Part shown: positions 8,938 through 17,302 of the stretch, in pieces | Layout: every line of letters begins with the position of its first letter | Numbering within the stretch: the stretch's first letter is position 1 | Assembly (NCBI GenBank): GCA_044868325.1 | Contig: JBIOWI010000354.1 | Location: 1 to 60,602 of the forward strand | Length of the DNA stretch: 60,602 bases | Direction of reading: 5' to 3' | Source: Hyphomicrobiaceae bacterium | GTDB taxonomy: Bacteria > Pseudomonadota > Alphaproteobacteria > Rhizobiales > Hyphomicrobiaceae | Program-made: the position numbers and the translations under genes | Notes under the pieces: generated by a model | What the model saw: the letters and a program-made list of their open reading frames with translations, nothing else | Databases searched by the model: none | What the model was told of the DNA's origin: nothing

Positions 8938-10548
8938 ATGCGGGTTTCCAGACGCGGTGCGGGCTTGCTGGCGCTCGCGACCCTGCTGCTGCCGGTCGAG
9001 GCGCACGCCAACGAGCTGCTCGTCATGCCCTATTCCTGCAGCATGGTGGGCGGCCAGCCGCTGCTCAGCCCCGGCCCGGAGCAGGGCCACCGCATCGCCG
9101 GCTCGCGAGACCAGCGCCGGTTCTCGGCCTGCTCCCCCGTCAATCCCGACATGTGCCGGGAGTGGACCGTGCACCGCTTCGACCTCGACTGCGACGGCAC
9201 CCGCGTGCCCTGGGTGTCCGTGGTGGCGGCCACCAACGAGGGCAGCCGCCGCGCCTGGCTGCTCAACGGCCGCCTGGTGTTGCGCATGGGACCGCGCTGG
9301 AGCCTGCCCGCCGACGACCCCTGCGCCCTCGATACGGACCCGGACCGGCGGTTCGAGTACCGCCGCATGCGCCGCTCCTGTGCCGACCGGCTCGCCCTGG
9401 CACCGCCACCGGTCGTAGAGATGCCCTTCGGCTACGCGCCGATGCTGGGGATCAACGGCATCTTCGTGAAGGCCGGGCCCAACGTCGCTGGCAGACCCTC
9501 GCCGTTGCCGCCGGTCGCGGCGGCTCCGCCAGGGGCGCTGGGAGCCCCGGGGACCAGGCCCTCGCCACACAACCCGATGCCGGACCTGTTCCCTGAGCCT
9601 CAGCGGGCGTGGCCGCAGGCGGAGCGCGACCCGTTCGCCGATGAGCCTGCCGCTCCGGCCGTCCCGCCCCAGACGGTGCCGCAGCCTCAGCCGGCACCCA
9701 AGGTTGCTGCGGCGGCACCGCCAATCCCGTCACCCACCGCCGATGCTCCAAAGGTTGCGCCCGTCGAGAGCAAGCCCGCGGTTCCCCCCGCGGCTCCACA
9801 GGTCAACCTCGGGCCCAGGATTGTGGCTAACCCACCTGCTCCCCCGGCTGTGGCTGTCGGCGAGGCGCCCAAGACCGCCGCCGTCCCAGCGAAGCCTGGA
9901 GCAGCGGAAGCGTCGAAGATTGCAGCGGCCTCACCGCCGCCCAAGGCCGCCGAGCCGCCCCCCAGAAAGGCCGCCGACGCGCCCGCCGCCCTACGGGGGC
10001 CGGCAGCGGAACCGGAAAGCGACGGGTCCGGCGTCAGCCTGCTCAGCGTATTCCGTACCACGACGGTCGGTGCGCTGGTGGCCTTCGGCGGCCTGGCGCT
10101 CGGCCTCCTCGCCGCTTTCGCGCTGGCGCGCCGCAACGAGCACGTCCGCGACTCCCGCGTGCGCCCTCGCGACCTCACCTCCGTCTCGCTCGGCGACAGG
10201 CGGGCGAAGCCCCCGGCCCGCATCGCCAACGCGCGCGGCAACCTGCCGCCGAATGCGGCAGCCTCGGCCATGTCGCGGGTGCCGGGGCAGGCCGCTGCCG
10301 CCGCAAGCGCCGCGGCGGAGCTGGGCGACCGCATGCCCGAGACCAGGTCGGAGGCCCTGCAGGTGCTGGGCATCGGCATGGCCCCCACAGCCAACGAGGC
10401 CGCCATCAAGAAGGTCGTCGACGGCCTGCGCCATAGCTGGCACCCGGACCTCGCCAAGGACGAGGCCGACCGAACCCTGCGCGAGCTGCGCTCCAAGCAG
10501 ATCAACTCGGCGTGGGAGCTGCTCCGCAATCAGCGCGCAGTGGTGTGA
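8938..10548 (+). CDS. Membrane protein with a periplasmic Cys-containing N-domain, a Pro/Ala-rich linker, one TM helix and a C-terminal J-domain
   Basis: Signal peptide MRVSRRGAGLLALATLLLPVEAHA. Long PAPP-rich linker. TM helix VGALVAFGGLALGLLAAFAL. The C-terminus LQVLGIGMAPTANEAAIKKVVDGLRHSWHPDL carries the HPD motif. GGGGAG RBS precedes ATG 8938. Confidence 0.7.
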   Translation: MRVSRRGAGLLALATLLLPVEAHANELLVMPYSCSMVGGQPLLSPGPEQGHRIAGSRDQRRFSACSPVNPDMCREWTVHRFDLDCDGTRVPWVSVVAATNEGSRRAWLLNGRLVLRMGPRWSLPADDPCALDTDPDRRFEYRRMRRSCADRLALAPPPVVEMPFGYAPMLGINGIFVKAGPNVAGRPSPLPPVAAAPPGALGAPGTRPSPHNPMPDLFPEPQRAWPQAERDPFADEPAAPAVPPQTVPQPQPAPKVAAAAPPIPSPTADAPKVAPVESKPAVPPAAPQVNLGPRIVANPPAPPAVAVGEAPKTAAVPAKPGAAEASKIAAASPPPKAAEPPPRKAADAPAALRGPAAEPESDGSGVSLLSVFRTTTVGALVAFGGLALGLLAAFALARRNEHVRDSRVRPRDLTSVSLGDRRAKPPARIANARGNLPPNAAASAMSRVPGQAAAAASAAAELGDRMPETRSEALQVLGIGMAPTANEAAIKKVVDGLRHSWHPDLAKDEADRTLRELRSKQINSAWELLRNQRAVV

Positions 10549-10559
10549 CTCTTCTGGCC

Positions 10560-10715
10560 GGGTCAGACCCTGCGGGTCTGACCCCATGGCATAACCTTCC
10601 AGGTTTGCGCCGAACAAAGATTACGCCGGGCAGGCATTGGAGTTTTTGTCGAGACGGACGTGGGTGCGCACAACGTGAGGGTGTGCCCTCGGGTCAGACC
10701 CGCAGGGTCTGACCC
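10560..10715. repeat. Family A composite element: two GGGTCAGACCC/GGGTCTGACCC hairpins flanking a ~105-bp core
   Basis: Hairpins at 10560-10584 (followed by CATGGCATAACC) and 10691-10715. The same architecture occurs at 27090-27232 and 29291-29370. Confidence 0.85.
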
Positions 10716-10731
10716 CCGTCACGCCCTTGAG

Positions 10732-10956
10732 CTAAACGTGCGCATGCGCGGCTGCCTTCCGGCACAGGTCGGCCACGCGCTGCTCGGCCACCTCGATGCG
10801 AGGCTCCGCGCCCGTCGCCGCGAACGGATCGGTGTAGCAGCGCCAGAGGTATCCCTTGCCCGCCGCCTTGACGACGGAGCCCACCGCGAAGTGCGGCTCA
10901 GCCTCGAAGTAGAAGTTCATGACCCCGGTATGAGGGCACAGCCGCTTCGACAGCAT
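10732..10956 (-). CDS. hypothetical small protein
   Basis: 74-aa ORF from an internal ATG (MLSKRLCPHTGVMNFYFEAEPHF...). Composition is plausible but I recognise no family. The longer ORF version has an implausible Cys/Pro-rich N-terminus. Confidence 0.3.
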   Translation of the reverse strand: MLSKRLCPHTGVMNFYFEAEPHFAVGSVVKAAGKGYLWRCYTDPFAATGAEPRIEVAEQRVADLCRKAAAHAHV

Positions 10957-11370
10957 CCCGTACTCTCCAGACGCTTGTGCCGCCACTGTTGCTGCCCATC
11001 CCCCAGATGCGGGCGTCGGCAGACTAGCCGCAGACGGGGCGCGGTCGCAGCAACAAATGCAGGGTAGTGGATAAAGTTTCCTTGAGATACTTTTAAGGTT
11101 GGACGATCTGTGCACTGCAGCATCGGCGGACGCGCCTGCTGCTGCCTCGCGATCCGATCCATTTCCGCACGCGCGTCACGCTGGTAGGCGAGGAAGATGG
11201 CATCGGCGGGGCGACGTCCGCGACCAGCCGGTTCTTTGTGTCCCGCGGCAGTGCGGCATCGGGCTGGGGCAATGCCGGAGGCGCGCCTGCATAGCTGTTC
11301 GCACGAGGTCCGGCAGAGGATTCAGCGTCCGTTCATGCCGCCCCTCCCACAAGACCCACGAGGCCGCCGG

Positions 11371-11793
11371 ATGAAAGGAGCCAGCGTGAGAACCCACGTC
11401 ATCGTCGCCTCCGTCAGCGCCGCTTTGTTAACCACGCCCGTGCTTGCCCCCGTGCTTGCCGAGGATACCGGACCGGCCTTGGAGAGGTTCCGCGCTGCCT
11501 ACGTGGCGGGCAGCGGGCTCAGCTACGTCGTGATCCCGGACGAGAAGGGCGAGCGCGTCTACCGCTACGGCAACGTCTCGCGCGACGCCGCCAAGAAGGA
11601 CAAGCGCGGCTTCATGCTGTTCACCTGCGCATCGCCGCACGTGTTCGAGACCGACCGCATCTCGCACCGCGTCGCCCTGTCCAAGGCCAGGGTGGTCCAC
11701 GCCGGCGAGCCGGAGTTCGCCGATCTCGATGCCAAGTATCTCGCGGGCTGCGGGAACCCGTTCGTGAAGTCGGCCGTTCCGCAAGCCAAATAG
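11371..11793 (+). CDS. secreted hypothetical protein
   Basis: Signal peptide (MKGAS)VRTHVIVASVSAALLTTPVLAPVLA. AAGGAG lies before the alternative GTG at 11386. Mature-part composition looks natural. Confidence 0.6.
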   Translation: MKGASVRTHVIVASVSAALLTTPVLAPVLAEDTGPALERFRAAYVAGSGLSYVVIPDEKGERVYRYGNVSRDAAKKDKRGFMLFTCASPHVFETDRISHRVALSKARVVHAGEPEFADLDAKYLAGCGNPFVKSAVPQAK

Positions 11794-11838
11794 GCGCCGG
11801 GAGTCGGACGGCCTCGGGAGGCATCCGACCGCGGAAAG

Positions 11839-13245
11839 TCATCCGTCGAGTCGCCGCGCCAGCTCGGGCGGCACCTCGCGCTGGTAAGCCTGGCCGATGG
11901 CGAGCAGCTGCGCCTCGGCAAATGGACGGCCGACGAGCTGGATGCCGTTCGGCAGACCGCCGTTGCGGGGCACAGGGAGCGTCAGGGTCGGCAGCCCGAG
12001 GTAGTTGATGGGGCGCGTGAACTTGACGACGCGCGCCATCGCCGCCTGCACGCTGGGTCCGCCGCCCACGTCGAGCTCGGCGATGGTGGGGAGCGGATCG
12101 GCCAGCACCGGCAGGATCGCCACGTCGATGTCCTCGAAGGTCCGATCGAGCGTCCGCTGCACGTAGATGCCGCGGGCGCGCAGGGCCGTGAGGTGATCGA
12201 CCGCGGAGATGAAATGCCCCACCTCCAGCCGCGCCCGCACCTGCGGGCCGTAGTCCTTGGGCCGCATACGCAGGAACGCCGCGTGCGCCGCGGCCGCATC
12301 GGGGAGCTGCACGAGCTGCACGAGATGGTCGAGCGTCTGCCAGTCCGGGAAGGCGCAGGGAGAGCGCTCGAGCCCAAGCTTCTCCAGAATGCCGAGCACC
12401 TGGTCGACCATGCGCTGCACGTCGGGGGGCGCCTGAGAGACGACCGTCTCGTCCAGGCCCACCCGCAGCCCCCGCACGGGGTCGTCCAGGCGGGCGATGT
12501 AGTCAGGCACCGGCAGGTGCGACGCGGCCGGATCGCGCGGGTCTGGGCCGGCCAGCAGCCCCAGGCCCAGGGCGAGGTCCTCCACGTGGCGGGCGATCAG
12601 GCCGATGGTGTCCAGTGCCGGGGCCAGCGGCATGGCGCCGGCGCGGCTGATGCGGCCCCAGGTCGGCTTGATCGAGGTGACGCCGCAGCAGGCCGCTGGC
12701 AGGCGCAGCGACCCGCCGGTATCGGAGCCGAACCCCATGGGGATCGCCCCGTAGGCGACAGCGGCGGCGGTGCCCGCCGACGAGCCGCCGGTGATGCGCG
12801 CCGGGTCCCATGGGTTGCGCGCGTGCCCCAGCACGTAGTTGTGCCCCGTGGGTCCGTAGGCGAACTCAGTCAGGTGCAGCGTCGCGATCTGCAGGGCGCC
12901 CGCGTTCCGCAACGCAGCGACGGCCGTGGCGTCGCGCTCGGCTGGAGTGTCGGCCCGGATGCTCGCGCCCCAACTCGCGATCTTGCCGGCGCGGTCGAAC
13001 ATGTCCTTGTGCGCCAGCGGCACGCCAGCCAACGCATCTGCAGGGCCGCCGGCGGCGATCGCCGCATCGGCGGCGCGCGCGGCATCGAGAGCCTCGGCCG
13101 CCTCAAGGGACACGATGCAGTGCGTCAGCTCGTGGCAGGCGGTGAGCCGCCGGATGGCCGCCTGCGTGGCCTCCAGGCTCGATACCTTGCGGTCGCGAAT
13201 GGCCGCGGCGAGTGCGCGCGCGGAGAGCATGGCGAGGTCGGTCAT
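11839..13245 (-). CDS. Amidase-signature enzyme (GatA/AtzE-like amidase)
   Basis: 468 aa with the amidase signature region GGSSAGTAAAVAYGAIPMGFGSDTGGSLRLPAACCG. Confidence 0.9.
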   Translation of the reverse strand: MTDLAMLSARALAAAIRDRKVSSLEATQAAIRRLTACHELTHCIVSLEAAEALDAARAADAAIAAGGPADALAGVPLAHKDMFDRAGKIASWGASIRADTPAERDATAVAALRNAGALQIATLHLTEFAYGPTGHNYVLGHARNPWDPARITGGSSAGTAAAVAYGAIPMGFGSDTGGSLRLPAACCGVTSIKPTWGRISRAGAMPLAPALDTIGLIARHVEDLALGLGLLAGPDPRDPAASHLPVPDYIARLDDPVRGLRVGLDETVVSQAPPDVQRMVDQVLGILEKLGLERSPCAFPDWQTLDHLVQLVQLPDAAAAHAAFLRMRPKDYGPQVRARLEVGHFISAVDHLTALRARGIYVQRTLDRTFEDIDVAILPVLADPLPTIAELDVGGGPSVQAAMARVVKFTRPINYLGLPTLTLPVPRNGGLPNGIQLVGRPFAEAQLLAIGQAYQREVPPELARRLDG

Positions 13246-13508
13246 GGCCTGCCCTCGGGCTTGGCCCCAGACTCGACCCTAGAGGGGGCGGCTTCGGCGA
13301 GCACGCGGCGGAAATCGTCCACATCGGCGCCGAGCGGCAGCTCCAGCGCCACCCGGCCGGCGGTCTCGGCCAGCAAAGCGGCGTGCGCCTTGGCGAGCGC
13401 GCGCCGCTCTTCCGGCATGTCGAGATAGGCTGCGGGCTCCGCGCCAGCCGCGCCAACTGGGGCGGACGTGGCGGTGTCGCTCGATCGATCGGCCATGGTC
13501 GCTCCCAT
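13242..13508 (-). CDS. Small acidic partner protein of the amidase (AtzG/DUF4089-like, GatC-analogous)
   Basis: 88-aa ORF whose TGA overlaps the amidase ATG (ATGA at 13242-13245). Size, position and helical acidic sequence resemble the AtzG small subunit. Confidence 0.5.
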   Translation of the reverse strand: MGATMADRSSDTATSAPVGAAGAEPAAYLDMPEERRALAKAHAALLAETAGRVALELPLGADVDDFRRVLAEAAPSRVESGAKPEGRP

Positions 13509-13582
13509 GCTATGCTCGGCACCGGCGCGGCGCGCCTTGTTTCAAGCGCCGCGCAAGACCGGTGCCATCAGGGGAGCGTCAC

Positions 13583-14446
13583 ATGCCCTACGCCGAAGCG
13601 CAAGGCGCGCGCATCTACTACGAGGAGTGCGGCAGCGGCACGCCGATCCTGTTTATCCACGAGTTCGGCGGCGACTGGCGCAGCTGGGACGATCAGGTGC
13701 GCCGCTTCGCGCGCGGCTGGCGCTGCATCGCCTGGTCCGCCCGCGGCTATCCGCGCTCGGACGTGCCCGACGACGAGGCGCTCTACGGGCAGGATTTCTT
13801 CAACCGTGACGCCATCGCCGTGCTGGATGCCGCCGGCGCCGCCAAGGCCCACGTGGTCGGGCTGAGCATGGGCGGCTACACGGCCCTGATGCTGGCGGCC
13901 AAATTCCCCGAGCGCGTCATCTCCTGCGTGGCCGCCGGCGCCGGCTCGGGCGCGCTGAAGGCGACGCGCGCGCAGTTCATCGACGACGCGCTGGCCAGGG
14001 CGGCGGAGTTCGAGCGCGCGGGCCGCATCGATGCCGCCGCCTACGGACTCAGTCCCACCCGGGTCCAGCTGCAGAACAAGGACCCCCTAGGCTGGCGCAC
14101 CTTCGTCGAGCACCTGGCCGAGCACTCCGCGCACGGCGCCGCCAGGACGCAGCGCACGGTCCAGGCCGGCCGGCCCTCGCTCTACGACCTGGAGGGCGAG
14201 CTGGCAGCGATCGAGGCGCCGGTGCTGCTGCTGGTCGGCGACGAGGATGAGCCCTGCCTCGACGTGAACCTCTGGATGAAGCGTCTGATGCCCACGGCGC
14301 GGCTCGGGCTCCTGCCCGGCTCCGGCCACGCCATCAACCTGGAGGAGCCGGCGCTGTTCAACCTGCTGGTGGAGCGGTTCATCGACGAGGTGGAGCGCGG
14401 CAGCTGGCGCCCGCGCGATGCACGGGCGAAGCCGCTGCGGTTGTAG
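13583..14446 (+). CDS. alpha/beta-fold hydrolase
   Basis: ILFIHEFGGD, GLSMGG nucleophile elbow and C-terminal GSGHAINLEEP. GGGGAG RBS precedes ATG 13583. Confidence 0.85.
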   Translation: MPYAEAQGARIYYEECGSGTPILFIHEFGGDWRSWDDQVRRFARGWRCIAWSARGYPRSDVPDDEALYGQDFFNRDAIAVLDAAGAAKAHVVGLSMGGYTALMLAAKFPERVISCVAAGAGSGALKATRAQFIDDALARAAEFERAGRIDAAAYGLSPTRVQLQNKDPLGWRTFVEHLAEHSAHGAARTQRTVQAGRPSLYDLEGELAAIEAPVLLLVGDEDEPCLDVNLWMKRLMPTARLGLLPGSGHAINLEEPALFNLLVERFIDEVERGSWRPRDARAKPLRL

Positions 14447-14472
14447 GGCGTCGGGCCCTGGAGGGTCTGACG

Positions 14473-15438
14473 CTACTCCACCTTGATCCCGGCCGACTTG
14501 ATGATGGGCGCCCAGCGGTCGTGCTCCTCCTTGAGGACGGCGCGGAACTCATCGGGCGTGTTGGCGATGGGCGAGACGAACTGCTTTGCCAGCTTCTCCT
14601 TCACCTGCGGCTCGGTGAGCACCGCCACCGTTTCCTTGTGGATCTTGGCAAGTACGGGTTCCGGCGTGCCGGCCGGGGCGATCAGGCCGACCCAGGCGTC
14701 GGCCTCCACGCCGACGACGCCGGCGTCGCGCAGGGTCGGCAGGTCGGGCAGCAGCGGCGAGCGCTGCGGGGAGGTGACGGCCAGCATCTTGAGCTTGCCC
14801 TCGCGGCCCAGGGGCACCACGGAGCCTGCCGGCAGCGCCGCCAGCTGAACGTCGCCGCGGAGCAGCGCCGTCACGGTCGCCGGCGAGCCGGCAAACGGCA
14901 GGTGCACCAGCTTCACCCCGGCCTTGATGGCGAGGGCCTCCATGGAGAGGTGCGAGAGCGAGCCACGGCCGATTGAGCCGAAGGTGAACTTGGCAGGGTC
15001 CGCCTTGAGCAGCGCGAGAAGGTCCGGCACGCCGCTCGCCGCCACGCCCGGATGGGCCACCAGCACGCTCGGCTGCGCCGCCAGGATGGTGACGGGCGCA
15101 AGGTCCTTGGCCGTGTCGTAGGGCATGCTCGGGAACAGCAGCGCGTTGATCACCAGCGGCCCGACGATGCTCACGCCCAGCGTGTGCCCGTCAGGGGTGG
15201 CCTTGGCCACCGCGGCCGTGCCTGTGTTGCCGCTGGCACCCGGCCGGTTCTCCACAACGAACGGCTGGCCGAGCTTGGCCTGCAAGCGGTCGACGACGGT
15301 GCGGGCGATGGCATCGGGGGTGGAGCCGGCGATGAACGGCACGTAGACGGTGACGCTCCGCTGCGGCCACTCCTGGGCCGCGGCATGCCCACAGACCCAG
15401 GCGAGGGCCAGCAGGCCCGTAAGCAATCTCCTCGGCAC
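14473..15438 (-). CDS. Bug-family (TctC-like) tripartite tricarboxylate transporter substrate-binding protein
   Basis: 321 aa with a signal peptide and typical Bug motifs (VVENRPGASGNTGT, FGSIGRGSLSHL). GTG start is preceded by GGGAGGAG. No tctA/tctB lies adjacent. Confidence 0.9.
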   Translation of the reverse strand: MPRRLLTGLLALAWVCGHAAAQEWPQRSVTVYVPFIAGSTPDAIARTVVDRLQAKLGQPFVVENRPGASGNTGTAAVAKATPDGHTLGVSIVGPLVINALLFPSMPYDTAKDLAPVTILAAQPSVLVAHPGVAASGVPDLLALLKADPAKFTFGSIGRGSLSHLSMEALAIKAGVKLVHLPFAGSPATVTALLRGDVQLAALPAGSVVPLGREGKLKMLAVTSPQRSPLLPDLPTLRDAGVVGVEADAWVGLIAPAGTPEPVLAKIHKETVAVLTEPQVKEKLAKQFVSPIANTPDEFRAVLKEEHDRWAPIIKSAGIKVE

Positions 15439-15608
15439 GATTCTCCTCCCATCCGTCTTTTTTTGCCACGGCCCGCCAGATTATGCTGGACAGACGAGCA
15501 TCGCCAAGCGCCCGAACGGCAAGCTCTGCTGCGCTGCGCATTGACGGCACATGCAGAGCACCCAATATCTGCGGGCCACCCGACGACAGCGTGACGCCGA
15601 TACGACCC

Positions 15609-16499
15609 ATGCGCCGCCGCCGCTTCTTTCTGATCACCAATCCCGGTGCCGGCCTCACCGGCTCGGCGCTCCTCGACGACGTGGCCAACCTGCTGCTGAG
15701 CGCCGGCGCGGAGCTGACTCTCACCCAGCCGGGCGATATCGACACGGCGCGGCGCCAGGTGCGCGAGGCGGCATGCAGCGCCCGCTTCGACGCCGTCCTC
15801 GCCGCCGGCGGCGACGGCACCGTCCGCCAGGTGGCGACGGCCCTGATCGGCTCCGAGACGCCGCTCGGCATCGTGCCGGTGGGCACCGGCAACGTGCTGG
15901 CGCACGAGATCGGCCTGGCGCCGGAGGCCCGCGCCATCGCCGACATGCTGCTCGGCGGTCCCGTCATCCAGGCGGTGTGTGCGCGCGCCAACGACGAGCC
16001 GTTCCTGCTGATGGCCGGCGCGGGCTTCGACGGGCGCGTCATCGCGGCGCTCGACCACCGCCTCAAGAGCCAGGTCGGCAAGGCTGCCTACGCGGGGCCG
16101 ATGCTGGGCGCGCTGGCCCATCCCGTCGATACGCTCACCGTCTCGATCGACGGCACCGACCACGAGGCGAGCTGGGCGGTGATCGCCAACGTGCGCCACT
16201 ACGGCGGCAACTTCGTCATGGCTCGCCGCACCGGCATCAGCGAGCGCGGGTTGCAGGCGATCCTGTTCAAGGCCAGGAACCGCGGGGAGCTGGTGGGCCA
16301 GCTCATGGCGCTCGCCATGGGCGCGCTGGACGAGCGCTCGGCCCGCCACCGGGATGTCGAGATGATCCCTTGCCTGCGGGCGAGGGTAACGGCCCAGAAG
16401 CCCGTGCCCACCCAGATCGACGGCGACGCCTTCGGCTCGACGCCTCTGGAGATCGAGGCGGGCGCGGCGGACCTGCGCCTCATCGTGCCGGCGAGATGA
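15609..16499 (+). CDS. Diacylglycerol-kinase-family lipid kinase (YegS/LCB5-like)
   Basis: MRRRRFFLITNPGAG..., GGDGT motif, PVGTGNVLA. Confidence 0.85.
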   Translation: MRRRRFFLITNPGAGLTGSALLDDVANLLLSAGAELTLTQPGDIDTARRQVREAACSARFDAVLAAGGDGTVRQVATALIGSETPLGIVPVGTGNVLAHEIGLAPEARAIADMLLGGPVIQAVCARANDEPFLLMAGAGFDGRVIAALDHRLKSQVGKAAYAGPMLGALAHPVDTLTVSIDGTDHEASWAVIANVRHYGGNFVMARRTGISERGLQAILFKARNRGELVGQLMALAMGALDERSARHRDVEMIPCLRARVTAQKPVPTQIDGDAFGSTPLEIEAGAADLRLIVPAR

Positions 16500-16503
16500 G
16501 GTT

Positions 16504-16568
16504 GGGTCAGACCCCTCGCCTCCCACGTCACACCCAAGAACGCCACGCCGACGCGAGGGGTCTGACCC
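16504..16568. repeat. Family A long hairpin
   Basis: GGGTCAGACCCCTCGC (16504-16519) pairs with GCGAGGGGTCTGACCC (16553-16568). It starts 5 nt after the lipid-kinase stop. Confidence 0.85.
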
Positions 16569-16606
16569 CGACAACCCGCGCTAGCCTCACTATCAACCAG
16601 TTTCTG

Positions 16607-16622
16607 TTAACCAATCTTTAAC
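16607..16622. promoter_or_regulatory. CtrA-type box TTAA-N7-TTAAC
   Basis: TTAAccaatctTTAAC is an exact match to the consensus spacing. A third TTAAC lies at 16631-16635. There is no adjacent annotated gene. Confidence 0.35.
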
Positions 16623-17099
16623 CAAATCGATTAACCTTTGTGGCCAGTGTCGGGCCGCTCTGCAACGGGGGCGGCAGGCGGGCTGCAAGGCTCCCGGCAC
16701 GGGGCATGCCGCGCACGTGCGGCGTGTCAGGACTGGGGGATGCGTGTCAATGCGCATTGCAGACTTGCCGGCGGGCCAGGCGGAGATGGATGGGGCCGCC
16801 AAACTCAGCTCTCCGGCTCTCGTTCCCCCACCCTACCCGCGGTCCCGTCCCAAACCGCTGGACGCATCCGCAAGCCTCTGCCGCGACAACAAGGACCACG
16901 CCGACCGGTCGCCTGGCCGGCGCGCCGGCCCGTGCCTGTCGTCCGGGGCAGCGGCGCGTGGGCTGCGATCCAGAAACTACCTCTCGACATGGAGTGGCAC
17001 ATGAAGCGCCTCCGCCATCGGTGTTGCGTGTCTCAAAGTCCGCTGGAGTTGTCGGCCAGCCTCACGCTTCAGCCCGGTTCCAATTGCGAGTCGTTACTT

Positions 17100-17252
17100 C
17101 TCTGGCGCAACCGCCTGCTCCTCCTTTGGCGCGAGAACCAATGGCGCCGTCCTCCCAGTAAGCGCTAATCCAGCTTCGTCGGCGGGGTGGTGCGAGCCGC
17201 CGCCGGCCACGAATATGAAGGCCGGCCCCAAGTGGGGGCCGGCCTTTTTTAT
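17100..17252 (+). ncRNA. Candidate trans-acting sRNA with anti-Shine-Dalgarno-like loops (5' end not defined)
   Basis: CUCCUCC at 17118-17124. CCUCCC at 17151-17156 sits in the loop of a GGCGC/GCGCU hairpin. A further CGGCGG/CCGCCG hairpin follows, then a strong intrinsic terminator. No credible ORF is present. Confidence 0.25.
17220..17252 (+). terminator. Rho-independent terminator
   Basis: GGCCGGCCCC-aagtg-GGGGCCGGCC (10-bp GC stem) followed by TTTTTTATT. Confidence 0.7.
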
Positions 17253-17302
17253 TGGGATTGTCGCGGGCGCCCCGGAGGAAGCGCTGCGCCCGCGACCAGC
17301 CG

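Noticed and set aside
15171-16574. 467-aa minus-strand ORF overlapping the lipid-kinase gene.
   Set aside because: It is an Arg/Gly/Ala-rich nonsense composition with no motifs. The plus frame encodes a clean DAG-kinase-family protein with a GGDGT motif.
16638-17168. Two ~175-aa plus-strand ORFs in the gene-free region.
   Set aside because: Both are Arg/Pro/Ala/Cys-rich with no RBS and overlap each other in different frames. I treat the region as non-coding.
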